Source: a bacterium
Lineage (GTDB): Bacteria; Chloroflexota; Dormibacteria; Aeolococcales; Bog-877
Length of the DNA stretch: 44,611 nt
Direction of reading: 5' to 3'
Assembly (NCBI GenBank): GCA_021844355.1
Contig: JAKBTP010000117.1
Coordinates: 1 to 44,611 of the forward strand
Shown here: positions 7,513-15,536 of the stretch, in pieces
Position numbering within the stretch: the stretch's first letter is position 1
Layout: each line of letters opens with the position of its first letter
Translations under genes and position numbers: made by a program
The notes under the pieces: generated by a model
Databases searched by the model: none
What the model saw: the letters and a program-made list of their open reading frames with translations, nothing else
What the model was told of the DNA's origin: nothing

Positions 7513-9740
7513 CGTCGCAGGCGCAGAGGCTCAGCCATGACCACCGGCGAGTCGGGAGCGACCGGCTCCGGGAGTGGGGGGGCGGCCAGTGCCCGGACCG
7601 CGAATCCGTACCGTCCGGCCGCCATCGGGGAGAGCCTGGCCCGGTAGTGAGCGCGGCCGTTGGAGGCGGTCTGGTCCAGGAGCATGGTCTCCACGGCGGC
7701 CGGCGCCAGCTGTCCGTCCTCGGTCACCGGCCCGTGCAGCAGCTGGATCTCCACCTGGTGGGGGCGCAGCTCACCGAGCTCAGCCACGGCCTCCACCAGC
7801 CGGTCGCCCCGCTCGGCCAGTGGGCGGCTCCGGGCGGCCAGCCGGACCTTGCCGAAGTTGCGGCGGACCTGGGCCCGGAATCCCGCCAGGGCCAGCGCAC
7901 CGCGCCCGTCTCCGGCCTCCAGCAGGCCGCGGGAGGTGGCCGCGGGCAGGTAAAGGCGGCGCAGGTAATCCTCGAGCATCCGGGATCCCAGCGCCAGGGG
8001 GGTCACGGTGGCCATCGAGTGCCTCAAGGTCTCCAGCCACCTCTGGGGCAGCCCGCCGTGGTCCCGATCGTAGAAGGCGGGGAGAACCTCGTCCTCGAGC
8101 AGCTGGAACAGCGCCTCTGCCTCCAGCCGATCCCTGGTCGGGAGGTCCGTCTCGTCCTCGAAGGAGGGGATGGCGAACCCATTGCCCTCCCGGTACCCCT
8201 CGTCCCACCAGCCGTCGAGGATGGAGAGGTTGATGGCGCCGCTGACGGCGGCCTTCTGCCCACTGGTGCCGCAGGCCTCCATGGGGCGGCGCGGGGTGTT
8301 GAGCCACACGTCGGCTCCCTGGTACATCAGCCGGGCGAGAGCCAGGTCATAGTCCTCGAGGAAGACAAGGCGGGATCGCAGCTCGGGGTCCCCCGCGGCC
8401 AGGGCCAGCTGCTGGATGATGCGCTTGCCCTCCTCGTCCTTGGGATGCGCCTTGCCGGCGAACACCAGCTGCAGTGGACGATGGGGATCCAGGAGCAGCC
8501 TGCGCAGCCGCTCGGGCTGGGCGAACAGGAGGTCTCCCCGCTTGTACGTCGCCACCCGGCGGGCGAACCCCACCAGGATGCCGTCCTCGTCCAGGGCCCG
8601 GGAGGTCCACTCCAGCTCGGAATCCGGCACCCCCTGCCTGCGCAGGGAATGGCGCAGCCGCTCCCGAACACCCGCGATCAGTCTTTGGCGGCCCGGACGG
8701 CGCATCTCCCAGAGCTCGCCGCCGGGCACTGACAGCAGCTGGGAGAAGTCCGTCTCGCCCACCCGGTCCCAGCTTGGTCCCAGCCGGCTGTCGAGAAGAG
8801 CGGCAGCCTCAGGGGAGGCCCAGGAGCGTACGTCCACGCCGTTGGTGACCGCGGCGATGGGGACCTCGCTGGCGCCCAGCCCGGGCCACAGCCGCCGGAA
8901 CATCTCCTGGCTGACCTTGCGGTGGAGCTCGGACACGGCATTGGCCCTTCCCGACATCCGCAGCCCGAAGATCGCCATGTTGAACGGCGCTCCCGGATCC
9001 TCTTCGGGGAAGTGCCCCAGGGCCATGAGCCGATCCATGGGGATTCCGAGGTCGGTGCAGAAACCTCCCAGGTACCGCTCCATCAGCTCCCGGGGGAAGT
9101 GGTCGATGCCGGCGGGGACCGGGGTGTGGGTGGTGAAGACGGTCGCCGCCCGCACCAGCTCCACCGCCTCGTCGAAGCCCAGGCCGCGGTCCTGGACCAG
9201 CTCCCGCAGTCGCTCGAGCACGAGGAAGCCCGCGTGGCCCTCGTTGCTGTGGAAGAGGGTCGGCTCCTCACCGGCGGCCCGGAGCGCCCGGACACCGCCC
9301 ACGCCGAGGAGGATCTCCTGCTGGAGTCGGTGCTCGACGTCGCCCCCGTAGAGGCGGTCGGTGATCGGGCGCGCCTCTTCGGCGTTCTCCGCCCCCGTGG
9401 TGTCCAGGAGATAGAGCGGGACCCTGCCCACCCACTGTCGCCAAACCAGGGCTCGAACTTGGAGCCCACCCATCGCCACCTCGATCCCCGGGCCGGCGAC
9501 CGGCTCCAGCCCGCGGCCGGCGGGGTCAAGCTCCTCGTACACCTCCTCCTGCCAGCCCTCTCGGCCCAGCCGCTGGTGGAAGTACCCCAGGTGATAGAAG
9601 AGGCCCACCCCCACGAGGGGCCGCCCCTCCGCCGCGCCGACCTTGAGGTAGTCACCCGCCAGCACCCCCAGGCCCCCCGAGTACTGGGGGAGCCCCTCGC
9701 TCACCCCGAACTCGGGTGAGAAGTAGGCGACCTTGGGCAT
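7509..9740 (-). CDS. glgP: alpha-glucan (glycogen/maltodextrin) phosphorylase, GT35
   Basis: The sequence reads MPKVAYFSPEFGVSEGLPQYSGGLGVLAGDYLK...VFTTHTPVPAGID...NGV...ACGTSGQKAAVSGAINLSILDGWW. I chose the ATG at 9740. The track start at 9821 is a TTG that adds 27 aa of non-homologous-looking sequence. Confidence 0.9.
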   Translation of the reverse strand: MPKVAYFSPEFGVSEGLPQYSGGLGVLAGDYLKVGAAEGRPLVGVGLFYHLGYFHQRLGREGWQEEVYEELDPAGRGLEPVAGPGIEVAMGGLQVRALVWRQWVGRVPLYLLDTTGAENAEEARPITDRLYGGDVEHRLQQEILLGVGGVRALRAAGEEPTLFHSNEGHAGFLVLERLRELVQDRGLGFDEAVELVRAATVFTTHTPVPAGIDHFPRELMERYLGGFCTDLGIPMDRLMALGHFPEEDPGAPFNMAIFGLRMSGRANAVSELHRKVSQEMFRRLWPGLGASEVPIAAVTNGVDVRSWASPEAAALLDSRLGPSWDRVGETDFSQLLSVPGGELWEMRRPGRQRLIAGVRERLRHSLRRQGVPDSELEWTSRALDEDGILVGFARRVATYKRGDLLFAQPERLRRLLLDPHRPLQLVFAGKAHPKDEEGKRIIQQLALAAGDPELRSRLVFLEDYDLALARLMYQGADVWLNTPRRPMEACGTSGQKAAVSGAINLSILDGWWDEGYREGNGFAIPSFEDETDLPTRDRLEAEALFQLLEDEVLPAFYDRDHGGLPQRWLETLRHSMATVTPLALGSRMLEDYLRRLYLPAATSRGLLEAGDGRGALALAGFRAQVRRNFGKVRLAARSRPLAERGDRLVEAVAELGELRPHQVEIQLLHGPVTEDGQLAPAAVETMLLDQTASNGRAHYRARLSPMAAGRYGFAVRALAAPPLPEPVAPDSPVVMAEPLRLRR

Positions 9741-9919
9741 GGCGGCGGAACGGCCGGGATCCCCGGCCGGCGGCGCCCCACCCTGCACCTCGAACGTCTC
9801 GACACTGCGCACGGCCCACAAGGTTACCGACCGGGCCGTCTCCCATTCTGTCGCCGCCCTCCGCGGGCCGGTCTAAACTGGACTGGAAATCCGAAGACGC
9901 TCCTTGAGGTGAGGCCCCG

Positions 9920-10369
9920 ATGCCCGCTTCGCCACCTGAGCTGAGAGCGCACGACCGGCGCCTCCTCCACGGCCTTCGCGCCCTGGACGACGTCTCCCTG
10001 GACCGCGCCCGCGCCCATCTCGCGGCCGGGCTGCCGGTCCGGCGGGCCACCCTCGGCTGGCGAGGCCCCGGGCCGGCGCGGGAAGGCTGCGTGGTGGGGA
10101 TCTCCATGTCCCGGCGCCGGTTCTGGATGCGCCCGCTGCGAGCCCCTGGTCTTCTCCTCCTGGCGGCGATCTTCGACGCCTGGGCCTACGAGGAGGAGCT
10201 GTTCGCCGAGGGGCAAACCGTGGCCCGCTCCCGGAACCTCGAGCCGTTGGCCCGTGCCCGCCTGGCCGAGCTGCTGGACCTTGAGTGGCATCGCCGCTGC
10301 GGGTGGCCCGGGCCGATGACTCCAGCTCCGGATGTCGGGAAGACCGGGGCAGCTAAGATCGCCAGGTGA
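9920..10369 (+). CDS. hypothetical protein (149 aa, one hydrophobic segment)
   Basis: ATG 9920 has GAGGTGAGG 6 nt upstream. Its stop overlaps the pepP GTG start (GTGA), which suggests translational coupling. I do not recognise a family. Confidence 0.5.
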   Translation: MPASPPELRAHDRRLLHGLRALDDVSLDRARAHLAAGLPVRRATLGWRGPGPAREGCVVGISMSRRRFWMRPLRAPGLLLLAAIFDAWAYEEELFAEGQTVARSRNLEPLARARLAELLDLEWHRRCGWPGPMTPAPDVGKTGAAKIAR

Positions 10370-11820
10370 GCGAGTCGGCCGAGAATCAGGGCGCCACGGC
10401 GGGCGAGGGCGCCCGAACCAACTATGACCGGATTCCCCCTCCCGCGCTCCTGGAGTACATGACTCAGGGGTGGGAGCCCCTGCCCGAGGCAAGAGTGAGC
10501 CCCATAAGCGGGCTGGATCTGTACCGGGAGCGGCGCCGGCGGATCTCGGAGATGTTCCCCGGGCAGCTGCTGGTCGTCCCCTCAGGGGCGGGGCGGGTCC
10601 GCTCCAACGACACGGAGTATCGCTTCCGCCCCGGAACCGACTTCCTGTACCTGGTCGGGGAGGGCGAGCCGGACGAGGTCCTGGTCCTGGAGCCCCAGGC
10701 GGGAGGCGGCCACGAGGCCCGGTTGTACTGCGAGCCCGAGGCCGACTTCACGCGGTCGGACTTCTTCACCGATCGGAGCAGGGGTGTCTTCTGGGTCGGA
10801 CCCCGGCGCGGACTCAGGGCCACCTCCTCTCGATTCGGCCTCGAGGCCCGTCCGCTGGGCGAGCTGCCGAAGGTGCTGGGAGCCCACGACCGGGGGGCGG
10901 TGCTGCGAGGGCTGGATCCGGCGGTCGACCGGCTGGCGGCGGACATAGCCGGGCCGGACGAGGAGTTCCAGGCCCGCCTCTCGGAGATGCGGCTTCTCAA
11001 GGACGCGCTGGAGGTCGACCTCCTTCAGGAGGCGGTGGACCTCACCGTGGCGGCCTTCCGTGATGTGGTCCGGGAGCTGCCGGCGAGCCGGTCTGAGAGG
11101 GATGTTGAGGCGGTCTTCTTCCGCCGGGCCCGCACCGGTGGCTATGACACGGGGTACCCCACCATCGCCGCCGCCGGGGCCCACGCCACCATCCTGCACT
11201 GGAGCCACAACACTGGGGAGCTGCGACCGGGGGAGCTCCTTCTCCTGGACGCCGGGGTGGAGACGCAGCGCTACTACACGGCTGACGTGACTCGTACCCT
11301 GCCGATCAACGGCCGCTTCAGTAGAGAGCAGCGCCGAGTGTACGAGCTGGTTTGGGCCGCCCAGCAGGCCGGCTTCGCTGAGGTCCGACCGGGAAACGAC
11401 TTCCAGGCTCCCAACCGGGCGGCGCAGCGGGTCTTGGCCCGCGGGCTGGAGGACCTGGGGATCCTGCCGGTGAGCGCGGAGCAGGCCCTGGCGCCGGACA
11501 GCCAGCTGCACCAGCGTTACACCCTGCACGGGGTGAGCCACATGCTCGGCCTGGATGTCCACGATTGCGCCCATGCCGCCCAGGAGCTCTATCCCAAGGG
11601 CCAGCTGGCCGTGGGGATGGTCCTCACGGTGGAGCCCGGGCTCTACTTCCAGCCCCACGACGCCACCGTCCCGGCGGAGCTGCGCGGGTTGGGGGTCAGG
11701 ATCGAGGACGACGTGGTGGTGACCACCGACGGGTGCCGGGTGCTCAGCGCGGCGCTTCCCTCCCGCGCAGACGAGCTGGAGTCGTGGATGGCTGAGGTGT
11801 GGGCCGAGGGCCGGGGCTAG
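10366..11820 (+). CDS. pepP: Xaa-Pro aminopeptidase (M24B, PepP-like)
   Basis: It has a creatinase-like N-terminal domain plus a pita-bread domain: LLLDAGVE..YYTADVTRT...HGVSHMLGLDVHD...GMVLTVEPGLY...GVRIEDDVVVT. These are the metal ligands of M24. Confidence 0.9.
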   Translation: MSESAENQGATAGEGARTNYDRIPPPALLEYMTQGWEPLPEARVSPISGLDLYRERRRRISEMFPGQLLVVPSGAGRVRSNDTEYRFRPGTDFLYLVGEGEPDEVLVLEPQAGGGHEARLYCEPEADFTRSDFFTDRSRGVFWVGPRRGLRATSSRFGLEARPLGELPKVLGAHDRGAVLRGLDPAVDRLAADIAGPDEEFQARLSEMRLLKDALEVDLLQEAVDLTVAAFRDVVRELPASRSERDVEAVFFRRARTGGYDTGYPTIAAAGAHATILHWSHNTGELRPGELLLLDAGVETQRYYTADVTRTLPINGRFSREQRRVYELVWAAQQAGFAEVRPGNDFQAPNRAAQRVLARGLEDLGILPVSAEQALAPDSQLHQRYTLHGVSHMLGLDVHDCAHAAQELYPKGQLAVGMVLTVEPGLYFQPHDATVPAELRGLGVRIEDDVVVTTDGCRVLSAALPSRADELESWMAEVWAEGRG

Positions 11821-11892
11821 CGACGATCGCCCGCACCGCCGCTGGAGCCCCGTCCGGAGCTTTGTCAGGTCTGGGCCGAGTGGAGAGGCGGC

Positions 11893-12336
11893 TCAGGCCA
11901 GGCTGTCGATGAGCTCCTCCTGCAACCAGCTGAGCAGGTGGAGTGTGGCGAGGGGGGGACGGCGGTGCTGGCGGGGGGAGTACCGCTCCTCCCATCCGTC
12001 CTCGGAGATTCCCAACTGCTCCGCCAGGGCCAGCCTCAGGAAGTTGAGCGCCCGGACCCACCCCCAGACCTCCGGGTCCCCGAGCCGGACGGGCAATGGG
12101 CCCGCGAGTCCCTCCCTCAGGGTGGCCAGGTCCGCCTCGCGCGAGCGCTCCAGGTCCTCCCCCGCCAGCCGACGGAACTCGCGCTCCAGCTCGTCATCCC
12201 CGTAGGCGCGGGGGGACACCCAGTGGGAGCTGCCCAACATTGGCTCGATCCGGTCCACGATCTCCAGCAGCACCTGCCGCTCCTTCGGCTCGAGTTGAAA
12301 GAGCGTCAGGTCGCCCTCGCGGCGGATCTCCGCCAA
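11893..12336 (-). CDS. DUF2017-family protein (conserved actinobacterial ClpS neighbour)
   Basis: It is a 147-aa acidic helical protein lying directly downstream of clpS with a 2-nt gap. This is the arrangement known for DUF2017. The start is TTG. Confidence 0.6.
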   Translation of the reverse strand: MAEIRREGDLTLFQLEPKERQVLLEIVDRIEPMLGSSHWVSPRAYGDDELEREFRRLAGEDLERSREADLATLREGLAGPLPVRLGDPEVWGWVRALNFLRLALAEQLGISEDGWEERYSPRQHRRPPLATLHLLSWLQEELIDSLA

Positions 12337-12338
12337 GC

Positions 12339-12629
12339 TCAGTCGCGCGCTAGAGTCGCCTGGAGACCGTGGGCATGAAGCTGCGCCACGGAGACCTCGG
12401 CGCGCTCACGGGGCTCGGTCGCGACCACCGCCCGGCCCTCCACATGGACCTTCAGCATGAGCTGGGTGGCGGTCTCCAGGTCGTACCCGAATAGCCGACG
12501 GAAGACCACCACCACGTAGCTCATGAGGGTCACGGGGTCATTCCACACCACCACCTGCCAGGGGCGGTCCCGCTCCTCGGTGGTGGAATGCCCGGTACCG
12601 TGGGTGACGACCGGCTGGACCGCTGCCAT
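12339..12629 (-). CDS. clpS: ATP-dependent Clp protease adaptor ClpS
   Basis: From ATG 12629 the sequence reads MAAVQPVV...RPWQVVVWNDPVTLMSYVVVVFRRLFGYDLETATQLMLKVHVEGRAVV. It is 96 aa, and the track ORF is over-extended upstream. Confidence 0.9.
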   Translation of the reverse strand: MAAVQPVVTHGTGHSTTEERDRPWQVVVWNDPVTLMSYVVVVFRRLFGYDLETATQLMLKVHVEGRAVVATEPRERAEVSVAQLHAHGLQATLARD

Positions 12630-12735
12630 ACGCGCATACCCTACCGCGGAAGCAGGCGGCGCGCAGCCCTCGGAGGGCCGTGGCGATGGGTCGATCCGGT
12701 ACCCTGAGGGGGATGGTGCCAGGGGATTCCCGGGG

Positions 12736-13602
12736 GTGACTCGTGGTGCGCCCATCCGTCTGGGCGCCGCTCCTATCTCACTACTTGCGGCCGGCGGGCT
12801 CCTGCTGGTGGGATGCGGCAAGGGACCGCTGAATTCACCCTCTCAGGGAGTCGGTTGCTCGGTCACCGTCCAGATCCCGGCCACCGGATCGGGGCTTCTG
12901 GGCACCGTGGAGGCGCGGGTCGGGAGCACCACCCGGCGCCTTGACCTGGGGACCACCACCATTCCCATGAGCTGCGGCCAGCAGGCGACCCTCACCGCAG
13001 AGCCGACGCACCCCGCGACCAACCCCTTCGTATCCTGGACGGTCGCCGGTGAGACCAGCGCCACCCCCTCCGTGACCGTGACCGCGGACGGGCTCATAAC
13101 CGCCAGCCCCCAGTTCTTCACACCACCCACACCCACTCCCACGCCGACCCCGAAGGTCCGGCCCAGCCCCACTCCGACCCCCACCAGCGTCACCGTCGAC
13201 CAGTGGCTCAGCTACGACCCCGCCGCCCGCTCCGCCACCCTGAAGCTGGTCGCCGGCTACCGTGGGGTGAACCGCGGGCTCAGCTACGACGGGTACTCCA
13301 ACGGCCAGCTGGCGGTGTCGGTGCCGGTGGGCTGGACGGTGGTGGTCGACTTCAGCAACGCGGCCACCATCAACCACTCGGCGGTGGTGGTGACGCCCAC
13401 GGGCACCACCCCGGTCTTCCCTGGGGCAGGCAGCCCTGACCCCACGGTCGGGCTGAAGCCGGGTGGCAGCCTCGCCTTCTCCTTCGTGGCTTCGGCGGTG
13501 GGCTCGTACCGGATCGCCTGCCTGGTCCCGGGCCACGAAGGGCTGGGAATGTGGGCCTCCTTCACGGTGGCGGCGGGTGGTGTCCCGACCATCCATCTCT
13601 GA
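12736..13602 (+). CDS. lipoprotein with an N-terminal Ig-like domain, a Pro/Thr linker and a C-terminal type-1 copper (sulfocyanin/cupredoxin-like) domain
   Basis: The start is GTG 12736. The signal peptide carries the lipobox LLLVGC. A PT linker (TPPTPTPTPTPKVRPSPTPTPTS) follows the N-terminal domain. The C-terminus reads ..NHSAVVV..GSYRIACLVPGHEGLGMWASF, which supplies His...Cys-x3-His-x4-Met copper ligands. Confidence 0.75.
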   Translation: MTRGAPIRLGAAPISLLAAGGLLLVGCGKGPLNSPSQGVGCSVTVQIPATGSGLLGTVEARVGSTTRRLDLGTTTIPMSCGQQATLTAEPTHPATNPFVSWTVAGETSATPSVTVTADGLITASPQFFTPPTPTPTPTPKVRPSPTPTPTSVTVDQWLSYDPAARSATLKLVAGYRGVNRGLSYDGYSNGQLAVSVPVGWTVVVDFSNAATINHSAVVVTPTGTTPVFPGAGSPDPTVGLKPGGSLAFSFVASAVGSYRIACLVPGHEGLGMWASFTVAAGGVPTIHL

Positions 13603-13721
13603 TCCGACCCTCGCCCGCTTTCCCACCGGACGTACATTCCGGTCATGAACCCCACCCGGCAGGCCCCGTGAACCCCCCTCACCTGCTTCCCACCGCCCTT
13701 CGCGGCGGGCAGGGGCCCGGG

Positions 13722-14366
13722 GTGGAGTACAGCATCCAGGGAGAGCTGGTCCCCCTGCTTCACTGTCACCTGGATGGGTCGATGCCGCTGTACTTCGAGC
13801 ACCATGTGGTCCTCTGGAAGGACCCGCAGGTGGACATCCGGCTGGCCGCGGTGCGAGGGGCCGCCAGGCGGCTGGTGGCCGGGCGGGAGGTCTTCCTCAC
13901 CGAGGCCAGGGGGAGGGGGGAGATCGCCTTCTCCCGGGATGCCCCGGGGCATGTCTTCCCCCTGGAGCTTCCCCGGGGCGCGTCAATCCTGGTGCGTGAG
14001 CACCAGTTCCTGGCCGCCACCGCCTCGACCCGGTACAGCGCCTCGCGGATCCGGGGTATCTCCAACAACCTCTTCGGGGACAACGGGTTCTGGGTGGACC
14101 GCTTTGAGGCCCGGGACGGCGACGGGGTCGTCTGGCTCCACGGGTACGGGAACGTCCTGGAGAAGGAACTCGAGGAGGGTGAGGAGATAGACGTGGAGCC
14201 CGGAGGATGGGTGTACATGGACCCCAACGTGCGCATGCGCCCCACCGTGTACGGCCTGCGCACGGGAATTTTCGCCGGGGTGGGTAGGCTGGTGTTCAAC
14301 CGGCTCCGTGGCCCGGGGCGCGTGGGCATCCAGACCATGTTCATCCACCTGCCCACCGAGGACTGA
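13722..14366 (+). CDS. AIM24 / TIGR00266 (DUF124) family protein
   Basis: The sequence reads MEYSIQGELVPLLHCHLDG...FLTEARGRGEIAFS...VREHQFLAAT...GFWVDRFEA.DGDGVVWLHGYGNV.E..L.EGEEIDVEPG. I chose GTG 13722, and in-frame GTG 13668 is an alternative start. Confidence 0.75.
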   Translation: MEYSIQGELVPLLHCHLDGSMPLYFEHHVVLWKDPQVDIRLAAVRGAARRLVAGREVFLTEARGRGEIAFSRDAPGHVFPLELPRGASILVREHQFLAATASTRYSASRIRGISNNLFGDNGFWVDRFEARDGDGVVWLHGYGNVLEKELEEGEEIDVEPGGWVYMDPNVRMRPTVYGLRTGIFAGVGRLVFNRLRGPGRVGIQTMFIHLPTED

Positions 14367-14393
14367 CAAGGGCTCGGTCGGCGGGTTTGGCGC

Positions 14394-14975
14394 TCAGGCG
14401 TGGCCCCAGGATGGTCTGAGCCGCGGGGCGAAGTAGTCCACCCGCTGGCCGTCCTGGGTAACCTCGCCCTGGGCTGCCACCTCCCCCTGGAAGCCCTCCT
14501 CCGCAGCCGGCCTCCTCAGGTGGCCGAGGTCGCCGGAGGAGATCAGGGCCCACTCCCTGGGCGCCAGATGGGCTCGGGCCACCGGAAGAACCTGGTCTCG
14601 GCCCTCTAGTTCTCGTCCGAGGACGCTGCCTCCATCAGGCCGCGGGGCCGGAACCACCGGAAGCGCGGGTCGAAGATGAGGAGGTCGACTCGCTCCGGGC
14701 CCTGCACGAAGACGTCGCTGAACCGGAACTCCGCGGCGGGCCCGGGCGCCCTTCGGTTCATGTCGCCCGCGACCACCTCGGCCCCGGCCCGGGCGGCCAG
14801 CAACCCGCTGGCGCCGCTGCCGGTGCCCAGGTCCAGAACCCGCACTCCGGCCCGCGCCTCCCCGACCGCCGCCTCGCCCAGTAGGTGGGGGGCCCCGGCG
14901 ATCCGCATCACCCCAGGGGGGGACGACCGGGCCGGGGCCCAGGTAGTCGCAGGTGCGGGAAGAAGCGGACGCCAC
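14394..14975 (-). pseudogene. HemK-like/small-domain class I SAM methyltransferase interrupted by two compensating frameshifts (it may extend upstream to ~15114)
   Basis: Frame A reads ...KAEVERTRNWHERAYLEARVASASSRTCDYLGPGPVVPP. It then switches at a G7 run (14916-14922) to frame B, which reads GVMRIAGAPHLLGEAAV..GVRVLDLGTGSGASGLLAARAGAEVVAGDMN...DLLIFDPRF. Frame B stops at 14606. Frame A then resumes with QVLPVARAHLAPREWALISSGDLGHL... Confidence 0.65.
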
Positions 14976-15536
14976 CCGCGCCTCCAGGTAGGCCCGCTCG
15001 TGCCAATTGCGGGTTCGCTCGACCTCCGCCTTGCTGAGAGAGGTGCTGAACGACGGGGCTGCACCGGCCGTCGCCGCGCGAGCCCAGGATGTCCTCGGTG
15101 GCGCGCCTGGCCAAGCCGGATCGGAACTCGCCCTCCGGAAGGGCCCGCCGAGGCCTTCAGAAACTCAGCCGGGGTGGCAATCAGGCGGCAGGGTCGTCAA
15201 CCCAGGCACGGAGTCGCATTCGGTGCAAGTCTGCTGTTCGGATGAGGGCCACACCGGCTCCACTTGCGGGAGCAGTGCCATCATCTCCCGCCAGGTCCGG
15301 CCCCTGCCTTCGGCCACTGGCCCAAGGCGAGCCGTTACCGCCGGAGCCCCCTCCATCGTCCGCAAAGCCGAGCGCAACCCTGCCGCCATGAGCTGATCAT
15401 CCGACCGCCCGGAACGGCGGGGCAGGGTGTTACCACGGGGAGCGGAGCGAGTGGAACCACGCTCGGGTGAAGTTGCCGCCCGCGGCGGTGGGAATCACCC
15501 GCGCCGCCCCGGCCCGGGTGCGCTAAACCATGGAGC

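Noticed and set aside
5795-9719. Very long ORFs overlap glgP and the PNP-like gene, such as 5944..7335 (+), 5795..7159 (-), 7473..8732 (+) and 8922..9719 (+).
   Set aside because: These are shadow ORFs typical of ~70% GC DNA. Their translations are Arg/Gly/Pro/Ala-rich with no motifs, while the opposite or alternative frame encodes clearly recognisable proteins. The same applies to 16890..18113 (-), 29493..31016 (+), 29701..31224 (-), 36243..37526 (-), 37397..38664 (-), 41110..42654 (-) and 43694..44605 (-).
9741-9821. A TTG at 9821 could be the glgP start.
   Set aside because: It adds 27 residues with no resemblance to phosphorylase N-termini. MPKVAYFSPEFG at ATG 9740 matches the usual beginning of this family. 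This call is not certain.
13118-13188. A short-period CCn/ACn nucleotide repeat looks like a tandem repeat array.
   Set aside because: It is the coding sequence of a Pro/Thr linker (TPPTPTPTPTPKVRPSPTPTPTS) inside the cupredoxin lipoprotein. It is not a CRISPR or VNTR-type element. A similar PT/S linker occurs at about 23455-23560.
15181-15536. The region could hold a cobalamin, FMN or c-di-GMP riboswitch, or RNase P, tmRNA or SRP RNA.
   Set aside because: Only isolated 7-10-nt fragments resemble the conserved cores. The mandatory elements (for example GAGGAAAGTCC for RNase P, AGGGAA..GGTGnAAnTCC..CCCGCCACTGT for cobalamin, GGTTCGA..CCA for tmRNA) are absent on both strands. It is kept only as an unexplained non-coding region.
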